Assembly: GCF_009914755.1 (NCBI RefSeq)
Contig: NC_060930.1
Reading direction: 5' to 3' (one strand)
Length of the DNA stretch: 64,000 nucleotides
From: the human T2T-CHM13v2.0 reference genome, Homo sapiens
Each line of letters begins with the position of its first letter. Position 1 is the first letter of the stretch. Below the pieces are notes generated by a model. That model was not told where the DNA came from, did not search any database, and was given only the letters and a program-made list of their open reading frames with translations. This document shows positions 48,178-61,893 of the stretch, piece after piece. Position numbers and translations under genes: made by a program.

Positions 48178-48887
48178 TGTTACCAGTGGCGAATCTGACA
48201 GGTCTGCCGCAAACCTGACCCTTGCCTCCTTGGAGGAAATAATTTGGCTGAGGAGCAGAAGTAGGTTTCAGGTAGAGAGAGAGACCTAAGCAAATTTTAG
48301 AGCAGGAGTGAGTTTATCAAAAAGTTTTAGAGCAGGAACAAAAGGAAGTAAAGTACACTTGGAAGAGGGTCAAGAAGGTGACTTAAGAGATGCAAGTGTC
48401 CTGTCTGGCCCTTGACTTGGGGTTTTGTACATTGGCATGGTTCCAGGGTTTATGTTTCTTCTCCCTTGATTCTTCCCTTGGAGCGAGCTGTCTGCATGTG
48501 CAGTGGCCTGCCAGCACTTGGGAGGGGCCACATGCACAGTGTGCTTACTGAAGCTGTACAGCACACTTTAGGTGTTTTTTTCTTACCAGTCTAGTGTTCC
48601 TAAAGGAGGGTCATGTACTGGTTAAATGCTGCCATTTTGCCTCTTAGCGTACATGCTTGAGCCCACTCATCCAGCTCCTGAGATCTTATCAGGAAGCTGC
48701 TGATCACCAGCTTCAGGTGTTTACTACCTACTGGGAGACTCTGTTTCCCTGGTGCTGGTCATGACCAATTATTATTTTACAGTGGTTGTTTAACAGCCAC
48801 CTGACCATCACCTGATGGTTGCCTGACATTCCTGGGGGTGGGGCCTCTCCTGCCTTGCTCATGTCTGCCTAATTACCTGCTCTAAGA
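48178..48887 (-). mobile_element. ERV1 solo LTR (MER50-like)
   Basis: TGTTACCAGTGGCGAATC...TTTTAGAGCAGGAGTG...AAAGTACACTTGGAAGAGGG; 4-bp TSD AGCC. Confidence 0.8.
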
Positions 48888-49649
48888 AGCCTGCCCTAAC
48901 ATTCCTGTCCTATCTCCCATGACATTCCTGGCCTAACTAAGAAATGGGCATAATTTCTTGAACATGTCCTATATGTTTGCTTGCGCTATTTCCTCTGCTT
49001 GGATTTCCCTTTTTGCCTTCTGTGCCTGACGTAATGCTACCCGTTTTGGGCCCAGCTCAAATATTACCTCCTCCCTAATACTTTCTATCACCTCTTCCTC
49101 TGTTTGAATATTTAACTGTTTGAATATTAACACTCTCTTAACTGTGGCAAGTATAGCATTTTCCATATTCAACAGTTGTAAGGATTTTATATAGATGTTA
49201 TCTGAGCTAGACTTACAAAGCTACCACAAGGCAGAGACTTACCTTAACCATCTGAACATCCCCAGGTCCTGGCATGATTCCTTGCATGTAATCACTGAAT
49301 ATGTGAACATGCTCCTGCCTTGACAGCCTTCCTCTTGCTGATACATTTTCCTGGAACTCTTGCTTTTAACCTCTCTAGGTCTCTAAATACTTAAAGACTT
49401 TAAAGGATCAATTATGATTCTTTGTTTCAGACAATTTCTTCTTAACTAGTAATCTTATCTGTGAATATGTATATTCATTGTTGTCTGTGTTATTCTCTTA
49501 GAACTTAACAAATTGCTCCTTTGTATTATTAAAAATGTTTATTTTGGGTATGATGGGCAGGGAGTGAGGAGGGAGGTCACAGTTTGAATTCAAATGCAAT
49601 TTAGCTATGTTCATGCAAATCCAGTGGGAATTAGGGGTAGATATGATCA

Positions 49650-49800
49650 TACCAGAGCGGCTGACAACTCTGAAATCTTTAGGGCTGACCAGCAGGCTAG
49701 AGACTCAGGAAAGAGTGGATGTTGTAGCTCAAGTCCAAAAGCAGTCTGGAAGCAAAATTCCCACTTCCTTGGACAACCCTAACCTTTTTCTCTTAAAGGA
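49650..49800 (-). mobile_element. MLT2 LTR fragment
   Basis: CAGCAGGCTAGAGACTCAGGAAAGAG...GCAGTCTGGAAGCAAAATTCC. Confidence 0.6.
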
Positions 49801-50526
49801 GTTATTATCTATTATCATAAGAACTCCTGTTTATCTTGGGTGATAACCTATTCTAAGTAAAAAGTAGTGCTTAGCTTGACCCAGGAAGAAAGCTTTAGTT
49901 GTCAAGGGCATGAACTTGGTTACAGCTTGGGTGTTATTTCAAATCACTAAGTGGTATGTGAGGACTTCACTTTGTCTTTGGAGGTATTCATGGAAGCAGT
50001 GGAGTTCTGCAGGAATAGACACATTGTGAGCATGTGCAAACCACTCCTTGGCAACTCCTGGAATAATGAAGGGACACTTTACTGTGGGCAGTGGTCTTGT
50101 CTGAACAGGATGAGAAACCTGTGAAGTTTGAGATATTATACTTTGCATGATCGTTACATGATAAAGCCTGAGAAACTCAGGTTGTGTTTTGTGTTGTGTT
50201 TTGTTATTCCACCAACACAGTAAGCTTCCTCAAAAGCAACATCCCATCTAATCCCTCCTTTCTTTCCCATTGATGTGGCTCTAATTTTGGCTTCCAGCAT
50301 GTCTCATCTGGATGATCACAGGAGCTACTGTTTTCCAGCCTCTGTTCCTACATTCCACGAATTCATTCTCCTCAATACTGCCAGAGGTTTCTTTCAAAAT
50401 GAAAATCAACTACTCCCAGTTCAAATCAGCAGACAGAGGCTGCATTTACCTTTTCTTTCCCCCAAATTACCTTTGAAGTGATGGAAGAAATACACAACTA
50501 AAACATAAACCCATCACAGCAATGAT

Positions 50527-51228
50527 ACTGTGGTCTGAATATCCATGTCCCTCCAAAGTTCATGTGTTGAAATCTACCCCACAATATGTTTATATTAAGA
50601 GGTATGGTCTTTGGGAAGTGACTAGGCCATTGAAATGGTTTGGCTGTGTGTCCCACCCAGATCTTATCTTAAATTGTAATCTCCATGTGTGGACAGAGGG
50701 ACCTGGTGGGGGGGTGATTGGATCATGAGGGTGGTTACCCCCATGCTGTTCTTGTGATAGTGAGGGAGTTCTCATGAGATCTGGTGGTTTAAAAGTGTTT
50801 GGAAGTTCTCTCCTCACTTTCCTTCTCTCCTGCTGCCATGTAAGACATGCCTTACATTCCCTTCACCTTCCACCATGATTGTAAGTTTCCTGAGGCCTCC
50901 CCCACCATGTGGAACTGAGAATCAATTAAACCTTTTTCTTCCATAAGTTACCAAGTCTCTGGAAGTTCTATATAGCAGTGTGAAAATGGATGAACACAGT
51001 CATGAATGGGATGAGTGCCCTTATAAAAGAGACCCAGGTGAGCTTGCCCTGACTTCCACCATGTGAGGATGCTGCAATAAGGTGAGAGGGCAACTCTCAC
51101 CAGACACCAAATCTGCTGGTGCCTTGATCTTAGATTTCCTAGCTTTCAGAAACTTTGAGCAATACATTTCTTTTGTTTATAAATTACTCAATGTAATGTA
51201 TTTTGTTATAGCTGCCAGAACGGGCTGA
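50527..51228 (+). mobile_element. MLT1A/MSTD-type LTR with nested MSTA/THE1D-type LTR (50631-50998)
   Basis: Outer TGTCCCTCCAAAGTTCATG...TTTTGTTATAGC; inner TGAAATGGTTTGGCTG...GTGTGAAAATGGATGAACACA with TSD G(C/T)CAT. Confidence 0.85.
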
Positions 51229-52548
51229 CTGTTGATCTGACTAATGATAACAGAAAGGGTGTCACAAGAAGAGAAGAAATATTGATGAATTTCTGGAATG
51301 TACAAGGCAATCCATTCAGGACTGAGATATTTATGACACAACAAAGCAAAGAAAGAAACTTCTGAAAAACTGTCCAATTGTAATACATGATAAATTATCC
51401 TAAAATGTATTTTTTTGATAAAAAGTAAAAGTCACATTGAATATGCTTGATTTAGAAGGTGCTGTTTTCGAAAAAAAAAAAAAGTGAATCAGATAATTTT
51501 GTACTGGTCATCATAACCTGACCACATAAAATATTTTGATTCCTAGAAGTATCTAAACTTTGTCTTCCTAAGCAAACACGGCAGCTGATTATAATAATCA
51601 AGCCCCTATTTTTCTGAGTGGATCTTGGAAGTAAATGCATCAATAAAAAGTTAGCTTCCATTCTGATGCAGAGCTTGGAGGGAGGCACCTGCCGGGGTGG
51701 CCCTGCTCTGGTGGACTGTGGGAAGGGCAAAGGAACCCTGGAGAAGGACTGAATTCTCGTGTAGGGTGAAACTACAGTGGCAGTTGATGCCTTGGGGTTC
51801 AACCCAACCCCTTAGCCTTTTCTCGGCTGAGCAGAGAGATGTCTGGCTCTGGAGGTGTCCTGCCCTCGGTGACCAAAGTCTGGAAGGGAGGGTTAAGATA
51901 TGCCACTTTAGTTTTAATCTTCCATATTTTATGAAAAGCTCCCTTCAACTTTTTTTTAATAGTGAAAAATATTTTATGACATGAGTAGGAGTTAAAATTA
52001 AGTGAATCAAGAATATTACAAAGGGCATAGTCAGTATAATCTTAAGACATACAATTTCACCTATATAGTTGAGATTGTAACCGTAAATGCATTATTGCAC
52101 TGTGCTTTGTTTACTTAACCTTTGATCATATGCATTTCCCTAGATCACTGTGTATTTGTAGTTTGACACACATAACACCATTCTTGCCCATACACACACC
52201 CAAATATGGGTTAGGGGACAGAGCCACATAGAAGGTCATGATAATATTGGTGATTTTATTTTTCATACTATGTACTTTTCTGTATTTTCTAAACGTTTTT
52301 TCTAATCAGGAATCAATGCAAAGTAACTTTTAAGATAAAATAATCAACCTTTTCTGGGAATTTGAGTGATTTTTTTTTCTTCTACATTCCTGCATTCACA
52401 TTTTTTTCTAAAACAACAGGTACTACTTTTGTCATGAAAAAATACTTTTTAAAGAAGAGAATAAACTAAAAGCAAAAATTGTTGTTATATTAAAAGTTCA
52501 TTCTTAGGAATATAGGTGATTTTTTCCCCCTCACCTTTTTAATTGAAA

Positions 52549-53366
52549 GAACAGACATTTCTCAAAAGAAGACATTCATGCAGCCAACAGACACATGAAA
52601 AAATGCTCATCATCACTGGCCATCAGAGAAATGCAAATCAAAACCACAATGAGATACCATCTCACAGCAGTTAGAATGGCGATCATTAAAAAGTCAGGAA
52701 ACAACAGGTGCTGGAGAGGATGTGGAGAAATAGGAACACTTTTATACTGTTGGTGGGACTATAAAGTAGTTCAACCATTGTGGAAGACAGCGTGGCTATT
52801 CCTCAAGGATCTAGAACAGAAATACCATTTGACCCAGCCATCCCATTACTGGGTATATACCCAAAGGATTATAAATCATGCTGCTATAAAGACATGTGCA
52901 CACATATGTTTATTGCGGCACTATTCACAGTAGCAAAGACTTGGAACCAACCCAAATGTCCATCAATGATAGACTGGATTAAGAAAATGTGGCACATATA
53001 CACCATGGAATACTATGCAGCCATAAAAAAGGATGAGTTCATGTCCTTTGTAGGGGCATGGATGAAGCTGGAAACCTCATTCTCAGCAAACTATCGCAAG
53101 GACAAAAAACCAAACACTGCATGTTCTTACTCATAGGTGGGAATTGAACAATGAGAACACATGGACACAGGAAGGGGAACATCACACACCGGGGCCTGTC
53201 GTGGGGTGGGGGGGTGGGGGAGGGATAGCATTAGGAGATATACCTAATATAAATGACGAATTGATGGGTGCAGTACACCAACATGGCACATGTATACACA
53301 TGTAACAAACCTGCACATTGTGCACATGTACCCTAGAACTTAAAGTATAATAATAATAAAAAAAGA
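52549..53366 (+). mobile_element. 5'-truncated L1PA (about PA4-PA6) 3' end
   Basis: ORF2 C-terminus ([18 protein letters not shown]...), G-rich tract, TACCCTAGAACTTAAAGTATAAT plus A tail. Confidence 0.95.
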
Positions 53367-53535
53367 AAGTACATGTGACTTTGTGCTTATAAACTAGTAT
53401 ATTTGTATAGTATGTATGGTATGTTCTTATACACTAGTACTGCAAATTTTCTAAAATAGCGTAGAGTGCTTTTTATGAAAAAACCTTATTTTTTTAAAAT
53501 AAACTTTATGACGTCTCACTCCTTTACCATAGAAT

Positions 53536-53894
53536 TTCTCTTTCTTTCCTTCCTTTCTCTTTCTTTCTTTCTTTTGCTTTCTTTCTTTCTTTTTCTTCTC
53601 TTTCTTTTTTTTTTTTTTTGATAGAGTCTCACTCTGTAGCCAAGGCTGGAGTGCAGTGGCGTGATCTTGGCTCACTGCACACTGCCTCCCGGGTTCAAGT
53701 GATTCTCCTGCCTCAGCCTCCCGAGTAGCTGAGACTACAGGCACATGCCATCACCCCCAGCAAATTTTTTGTATTTTTTTAGAAACGGGGTTTCACTGTG
53801 TTAGCCAGGATGGTCTCGATCTCCTGACCTCGTGATCCGCCTGCCTCGGCCTCCCAAAGTGCTGGGATTACAGGCGTGAGCCACTGCACCCGCC
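53536..53894 (-). mobile_element. Alu (AluSc8/Y-like) with long CT-rich tail
   Basis: TTAGCCAGGATGGTCTCGATCTCCTGACCTCGTGATCCG. Confidence 0.93.
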
Positions 53895-54069
53895 TACTAT
53901 TTCTTTACTTTCCATTTTTAGCTTTAATTTTTTAGCTTCTGTTAATATTTGAATTTTTTTTACCTTGCACATGTTATTTAAAAATAACAGTGTTGCCCTC
54001 CATTAGAACCCATACAAGCATAACATATGCATTTACATATATATGAAGATATTGCTCCCTTTGTTTTTC

Positions 54070-55560
54070 TTTTTAGCCAATTTTTAAATTTTAGAACAGT
54101 TTTAAATTTACAAAAAAATTGCAAAGTTAGTACAGAGATTTTCTATATACTCCACACCCAATTTCCCCTATTATTAATGTCTTATATTCATATGGTACAT
54201 TTGGGACAATTAATAAACAAAGACTGATACATTATTGTTAACAAAAGTCCACACTTTATTCAGATTTTGCTAGTTTTTGCTTAATGCCCTTTTTCTGTCC
54301 CGGGATGCCGTCCAGCATATCATGTTACATTTAGTCAAGTCTTCTTGGGCTCCTTCTTGGCTGTAATGGTTTCTCAGACTTTTTTCTTTTTGATGACCTT
54401 GACAGTTTTGAGGAGAACTAATTAGGTATTTTGTCAAAAGTCCCTCAGTGGAGATTTTTCTGATGTTTTTCTCATAATTAGACTGGAATTATGGGTGTTT
54501 GGGAGGAAAACCTTCATTAAATCGTATCTGGAGTACGTTCTACCTATAAGACTTAGTACTGTTAATGTTACCCTTGATCACGTGCCTTGAGGTAGTGTTT
54601 GTAGGCTTCACAATGTGAAAGTACTCCTTTTTCCCTCTTTCCATGCTGCGCTCCTTGGAAGGAAAACACTGCACAGTCCACACGTAAGCAGTAGAGATTT
54701 GTGCACTCCTCAAGTGTGAACTTAAAAGAATATCTACAGTCCTTTGGTTTTTCATTGTGTTTATCTCTCTATTTTATTTGAGGAAAGAATATGTAGGCTT
54801 AACATTATGAATGTTTAAGTTGGGAAATCAAGGGGCATGTGTAGAGGTCAGCAAGACACTGTTGAGCATTTACATTGTTGTAACCATGAGAGTGAAATGA
54901 GTCAACAATACAGAGTTTGGACAAGTAGAACAGACAGTATATAGGAGATTGAATTGTGTGTGCCCCACTCTCGTGGTCTGTCACTCTCTTTTTCTGAACA
55001 CACACACACACACATACACACACACACTCTCTCTCTCCTCTCTGTCTCTCTCTCTCTCTTTCTCTTTCTCTCTCTCTCCAAATTGTTTTGAGGCCAAGTT
55101 ACAGAAATACATCTCCTTTATACCCTTAAAATATTTTAATGCTTATTTCCTAAGAACAAGGACAATCTCTTATATAACCACAATACAATAATCAAAATCA
55201 GGAAACGAACATTGATATAGTGCTATTATCTGTTCTACAAATCTTATTCAAATTTGGACAATTGTCCTACTTATGTTTTTCACAGTAAAAGAAAAAAGTT
55301 CTGGTCTAGGATTCACAGCAGGATTACTTGTTTCATTTAATTGTACTTCACTCTTTTAAAAAAAATTTTGTAGAGACAGGGTCTCACTATGTTGCCCAGG
55401 CTAGTCTTAAACTCCTGGCCTCAAGCAATCCTCCTGCCTTGGCATCTCAAAGTGATGGACTTATAGGTGTAATTGCCTGGCCAATTATATCTCTTTAGTT
55501 TAAAGCAGAAAAGCTCCTTAGTTTGTCTTCTGTGTACCTCAGATTGGTTTGTGTGTTGCT
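54070..55560 (-). mobile_element. Old L1MB/L1MC 3' remnants with FLAM at ~55355-55482
   Basis: TTTTAGAACAGTTTTAAATTTACA...AGTACAGAGA; CCTAAGAACAAGGACA...CATTGATA; GTAGAGACAGGGTCTCACTATGTTGCCCAGG. Confidence 0.7.
54998..55078. repeat. Compound (CA)n(CT)n microsatellite
   Basis: Directly visible. Confidence 0.95.
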
Positions 55561-55872
55561 TCCTCATGATTAGATTCAGGGTGGATGTCCAATTGACTAA
55601 AATCTTTTACTAAAAAATTAATATCTTCCTCATTTGTTTGAAATGCCAGATTTTTCATCTACTTAATTCTCATATGCATGCAGGAGCCTGTAGGTATTGT
55701 TTTCATTCAGCAATAAATGTTTCAGCTCAATGCTCTGCATTTCATTTGCACAAAGGCTTCCCGTGAAAGTAAAATGTCAAATATTTTATGTTTCTCAATC
55801 ACTAAACTCATATTCTAATACTTGTTTAACTGGTCTATTGCACAAGCTGAATTCGGTGAAGTACAAATAGAA

Positions 55873-56017
55873 CCCCTCTCCCCTTCTTTCTTTTTCCTCC
55901 CCCCTCCCCCTCCCCCTCCCCCTCCCCCTTCTTCTTCTTCTTCTTCTTCTTCTTCTTCTTCTTCTTCTTCTTCTTCTTCTTCTTCTTCCTCTTCCTCTTC
56001 CTCTTCCTCTTCTTTTT
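55873..56017. repeat. Pure polypyrimidine tract: (CCCCCT)~5, (TTC)20, (CTCTTC)~4
   Basis: Directly visible; source of the spurious polyE and polyS ORFs. Confidence 0.97.
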
Positions 56018-56157
56018 GGGTAATGTATTGGGCAGATTCCATAGCTTTTCAGATATTAGGAAGTCTAGTCCATTCTGATAGGGATGCTTCTCACATTTCC
56101 CAACTCAAGCCTGATTCAGGTTCAGAAACCTGGAACAGTTTTTTGGGGAAAAAAGCA

Positions 56158-57064
<907 letters not shown>

Positions 57065-57639
57065 GCTGGTTTCTTAACTTTTTCTCTACCTCACTCTTCC
57101 ATTAGCAGATGGATGTCCCTCTGCCTCCTCTAGGGCTGGACAAAGTGAGTGGAAGGGGAGGTGTTACTTGCTCAGTGTAATTGGAGTCCAGTTCTTCAGC
57201 TATGGCAGGTGCTCCTTTGGCTCTGCCACATGCTCTTTTGCTTGTGAGGCACTGGAACCTCCTGCTGCCCCATTCCTGAGAGGAGGATGTACCCTCCAAA
57301 TGAACACTTTTTTGCTTCTACTGAATCCAGGTTGCCTTCTTGAACAGGGTCTTTTCCAGTCTCACTCTGGCTAACTACTTATTCCGTGATCCACTTATTC
57401 TGTGCAGAAAGTGCAGTGTCCTGCTCCTGGCTGTGGGTGGAAGCACAGCCTGGCCCTCTGCACCCATTCCACTCTGTCCGCCACCAGAGCTGTTCTCTTG
57501 GTGAGAGTCAGACACAACATCAGGATCTCCTCGAAGCTCTGGACACTGCACACTTTTCAGAGCCAGACGCTCTCCCACTGCACCAATGAGTATGTTAGGA
57601 ATAAGAAAGAACTGTAACCGTGACAGAAAAGGGGTTTTA

Positions 57640-58300
57640 AAAAAACACTATTTATACAGTTTCAAATGAAAACAAGTTGAATATCTATATTGAGTATAAT
57701 TTTTTAAGAAAATTATAATTTTATGAATGTTAACTAAAGAAGTATAAAACAGAATTCTATTTGTTCTACAAACCATTGGAAAAAAATGAAAAAGGTAGTC
57801 CAATATCAGATTTAATCCTTTATTTTTATAGTGCTGAAGATCCACCCATCCTTGAAGGAACATGAAATTCCTATGCCTTGTCAACTGCACTAGGGCATGG
57901 AGAAAAAGATGGAAAGATTCTTAGTACATCCTCTGAGATCCCCATACCCTGATGTCAGTAGCGAAGCACAATACAGCTGCCAAATCAATGTCACTTATAA
58001 ATAAAGATGTAAGAATCCCGAGTAAATCATTAGCAACTTGGGTCCAGCATTGTATTACAAAAACTAACATCATTATGCAGGATTTATTTCAAGAAGCTCA
58101 GTTCAATTTAGGGAATATATCTATATTCTATTATTACTCTATAAATAGGTGAAAGAAAACTATAACATCATTTTGAGAGATTGCTATTATACAAAAGAAT
58201 TAGGCAAGATTCACCACCACTTTTATACCACTTCTTTGTTTAAAAGTTTTATTAGCTTGAATTTATTTTGTGATGGAAAACCTATAAAATTTTTTAAAAA
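57640..58300 (+). mobile_element. Very old L1M ORF2 remnant
   Basis: AATCAATGTCACTTATAAATAAAGATGTAAGAATCC...TTAGCAA (RPISL.NID.KIL-like region). Confidence 0.5.
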
Positions 58301-58655
58301 GAAAATTTAATCTGATCATATTATGTAATGTACAGATGATAATTTTTTTTTACTCCTAGTATTTTCCCTTCTGTCCATTCAAGTAGGCAGTAGCACATTC
58401 TCAGGGTAGAAAGAAGAAAATACATTTTCCTGTCTGGCTGTCATTTGTAAATACCAAGCCCACTGAGGGGAGAGGGAGGTCTTCATGGGAATAGCTAAGA
58501 GAAGGGATAAGTTTTCATCTTGGCTACACATTAGAAGCCTTTGGAGTCTTATAAAGTAATTGTCCCAGCCACACTGCACACCAGTGGGGTTGGTATGTTT
58601 GGTAATTGGGAATATGAATTTTTTTTTCTTTTTTTTACAGCGCTCCAGGTGACTC

Positions 58656-59188
58656 TGTAAGGAACATGATTGTGCTTTGGTTAAGGATAGGCCGAGGTAG
58701 GATGTTTACATCCTGCGCGACTCAGCAAGTTTAGAGGGCAGGCATATAACTCCACTTGTTATTACAGCTATGTAGCCATAACATGGGAACCTCACCACTT
58801 GGCCCTTAGCCACTATTGTCTGTAAAAGGTATAATTGCCCTGTTGACACTGTGCAGGCACTGGTGCCCAGAGAAAGTGAGAGAGCCAGAGCTGTCCATCT
58901 TTGCAAATGAACAGAGGGGAGCCAGGACACAGTTTGGCTCGCTTGTGGCCAGAGAGAAAGAGTTAAGCGTCTGACCCTGAAGGCAAGGGAGAGCCGGCCA
59001 CTCAGCTGTGTGTGGGGGCCGCAGGACTAAGCAGCCGAGACAGGGCAGACAGTATGAGAAAGCTGTTGATGAGAGCGGCTGCTAATAAAGCCATTCACCT
59101 GTCTACGGTCGCCTGGGTGTTCTTTCTGCTCCTTTCCCCACTCCCTCCAGACCTCAACATGACCTTTGGTGTAGTCATGAACCTGACA
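58656..59188 (+). mobile_element. ERVL solo LTR (LTR18-like) inserted in a MER5-like element (~58505-59220)
   Basis: TGTAAGGAACATG...GGATAGGCCGAGG...AATAAA...CTGACA; 5-bp TSD GACTC; flanks read CTCCAGGTGACTC|TGATGCA. Confidence 0.8.
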
Positions 59189-59619
59189 GACTCTGATGCA
59201 TGGCTAAGGTTGATGACTATTATTCTAAGAAAAATAAGAAGGGAGAAGCATTTTTACCTGACTAAACAGTAAGATTCTGCAGGGCTGAAAAGAGAGAAGA
59301 GAGAGAGGGCTATGCTTTCCAGAGAAACGGAATTCGGCCATGCTTTTGGCTACATCCCGGAGAGGATGGCTGCATGTTACCCTTTCTAGGGAAGTAAGAC
59401 TCAATGGGCTTTGGGAGGTTTTAGCTTCATAAACAATTCCTGTATCTCACACTTGGTTTGGAAGCAGTAGGGACGACATACATCTTGATAACTCAGCCAA
59501 GCAGGTAACCAATGACAAGATGCATATCCTCCCTTCCATGTTTTCTCTTCCTTCAAAACTGCATATACCCCAGAACCTTTACAAGACCCTGGATTGGGGG
59601 GTTGAAGAATCCCTACTTA

Positions 59620-59927
59620 GGCCGGGCGCGGTGGCTCACTCCTGTAATACCAGCACTTTGGGAGGCTGAGGCGGGCGGATCACGAGGTCCGGAGATGGAG
59701 ACCATCCTGGCTAACACAGTGGAACCCCGTCTCTACTAAAAATACAGAAGAAATTAGCCAGGCGTGGTGGCGAGCGCCTGTAGTCCCAGCTACTGGGGAG
59801 GCTGAGGCAGGAGAATGGCATGAACCCAGGAGGCAGAGCTTGCAGTGAGCCGAGATTACGCCACTGTACTCCAACCTGGGAGACAGAGAGAGACTCCATC
59901 GCCAAAAAAAAAAAAAAAAAAAAAAAA
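59620..59927 (+). mobile_element. AluY
   Basis: GGCCGGGCGCGGTGG...GGATCACGAGGTC...GAGAATGGCATGAACCC; TSD approx. AATCCCTA(C/T)TTA. Confidence 0.96.
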
Positions 59928-60045
59928 ATCCCTATTTATTACTAAATTCCCCTCCAGTCTGATGAGATGGTGGCCAAATCAATGGTAGTCTGATTTGTAG
60001 AGAACAAACAGATACGATATTTCTTGCAACACATGTAGATCTTAC

Positions 60046-60086
60046 TGTTTATAGACGGAATGAATCAAAGCTCTGTATTCACACAC
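60046..60086 (-). other. Candidate 41-nt minus-strand exon
   Basis: Minus strand reads TTGCCTTTGCGTTGTCCTCAG|GTGTGT...ATAAACA|GTAAGA; only open frame is VCEYRALIHSVYK. Confidence 0.35.
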
Positions 60087-61007
60087 CTGAGGACAACGCA
60101 AAGGCAATACATCAAATATTATCTCTAATTCCGAGAAAACTCATTTTAATTTTCCTGCCATTTAGTTGTAGAAACATAGTTCCTGGATGCTTCCATGCAA
60201 AACACAGGATGTACTAATCCTAACAATGACAGCAATTCAGTGTGATCCACAAAAACGGAATGCAACTCTTATACAGGCCAACAAAGCAGGAGGACCCAGA
60301 ACTATTGCTGAATTAGCAAAGGGCTCCATCTGCTGATGGTTTATGCACATAAGAGCTGGACAGGGGTTCATGTTGGTATTTGTTTTAGGCAACATTCTTG
60401 AAATAATGGTTATGGCATTTCTTGTCCCGTCCTCAGGGAAGACTAGGACAGCTCAAGTAGGTCACAGAAATGTGAAATGAGGAAGAGGTGGTGGTCTGTA
60501 AGTTATTAGGGGCAGTGTTTCTTTCTTATTCTGTCTGTAAGTTATTAGGAGCAGTGTTTCTTACTCTGTGAAAAGTTTCCTATAAAAAGGCTTTGGGCAC
60601 TCACTATCGCCGAGGTAGGGGCAGGTGCTGAGAATTCCAGTTTGCAAAGCCTCTTATCAAGAGACTTATTGTGAGGAAAATGGGATGCATCATTTGCCCT
60701 TTCAGTGGGAGGTTCTTCCTCTGGGTGAGTCTAATTTGCTGAAAGAACAATCGTGTCCTTCAGATTGTATTATATGTGTTCAGTGGTTCTTCAGTTTTTC
60801 ATCCCAGTCTAGGAGAGTTCATCTATCATACTAAAGACTATTTATGGTATAATTAGCCCCTTGTCCAATTTTTCAAATTTTCTAAAATGGTTTTCAGTTA
60901 GAAAAGTTAGATAAGCTTGAGATAACCAGATTGAATTGATATAAGCAAAGCAAAGCAAAACAAACAAAAAGCAAAACAAAGCAAATTTTTAAAAAATTAA
61001 GGTTTAG

Positions 61008-61893
61008 CGAATAGGAACAGCTCCGGTCTACAGCTCCCAGCGTGAGCGACGCAGAAGACGGGTGATTTCCGCATTTCCATCTGAGGTACCGGGTTCATCT
61101 CACTAGGGAGTGCCAGACAGTGGGCGCAGGCCAGTGGGTGCGCGCACCGTGCGCGAGCCGAAGCAGGGCGAGGCATTGCCTCACCTGGGAAGCACAAGGG
61201 GTCAGGGAGTTCCCTTTCCGAGTCAAAGAAGGGGGTGATGGACGCACCTGGAAAATCGGGTCACTCCCACCCGAATATTGCGCTTTTCAGACCGGCTTAA
61301 AAAACGGCGCACCACGAGACTATATCCCACACCTGGCTCGGAGGGTCCTACGCCCACGGAATCTCGCTGATTGCTAGCACAGCAGTCTGAGATCAAACTG
61401 CAAGGCGATAGCGAGGCTGGGGGAGGGGCGCCCGCCATTGCCCAGGCTTGCTTAGATAAACAAAGCAGCCTGGAAGCTCAAACTGGGTGGAGCCCACCAC
61501 AGCTCAAGGAGGCCTGCCTGCCTCTGTAGGCTCCACCTCTGGGGGCAGGGCACAGACAAACAAAAAGACAGCAGTAACCTCTGCAGACTTAAATGTCCCT
61601 GTCTGACAGCTTTGAAGAGAGCAGTGGTTCTCCCAGCACGCAGCTGGAGATCTGAGAACAGGCAGACTGCCTCCTCAAGTGGGTCCCTGACCCCTGACTC
61701 CCGAGCAGCCTAACTGGGAGGCACCCCGCAGCAGGGGCACACTGACACCTCACACTGCAGGGTATTCCAACAGACCTGCAGCTGAGGGTCCTGTCTGTTA
61801 GAAGGAAAACTAACAAACAGAAAGGACATCCACACCGAAAACCCATCTGTACATCACCATCATCAAAGACCAAAAGTAGATAAAACCACAAAG
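61008..61893 (+). promoter_or_regulatory. L1 5' UTR: internal sense promoter, antisense promoter, CpG-rich region
   Basis: High CpG density retained; established L1 promoter architecture; YY1 motif (CAAGATGGCCG) absent. Confidence 0.85.
61223..61438 (-). CDS. ORF0: L1 ORF0 (71 aa antisense ORF), intact
   Basis: MAGAPPPASLSPCSLISDCCASNQRDSVGVGPSEPG..., expected length and position in the 5' UTR. Confidence 0.85.
   Translation of the reverse strand: MAGAPPPASLSPCSLISDCCASNQRDSVGVGPSEPGVGYSLVVRRFLSRSEKRNIRVGVTRFSRCVHHPLL

Larger units (their letters stand above)
46940..49300 (+). mobile_element. L2 remnants interrupted by (TG)n and MER50
   Basis: GAATAAAATCCAAACT, CAGCTCAAATATTACCTCCTC, AAGGCAGAGACT...CCTGGCATGA motifs. 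Confidence 0.55.
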
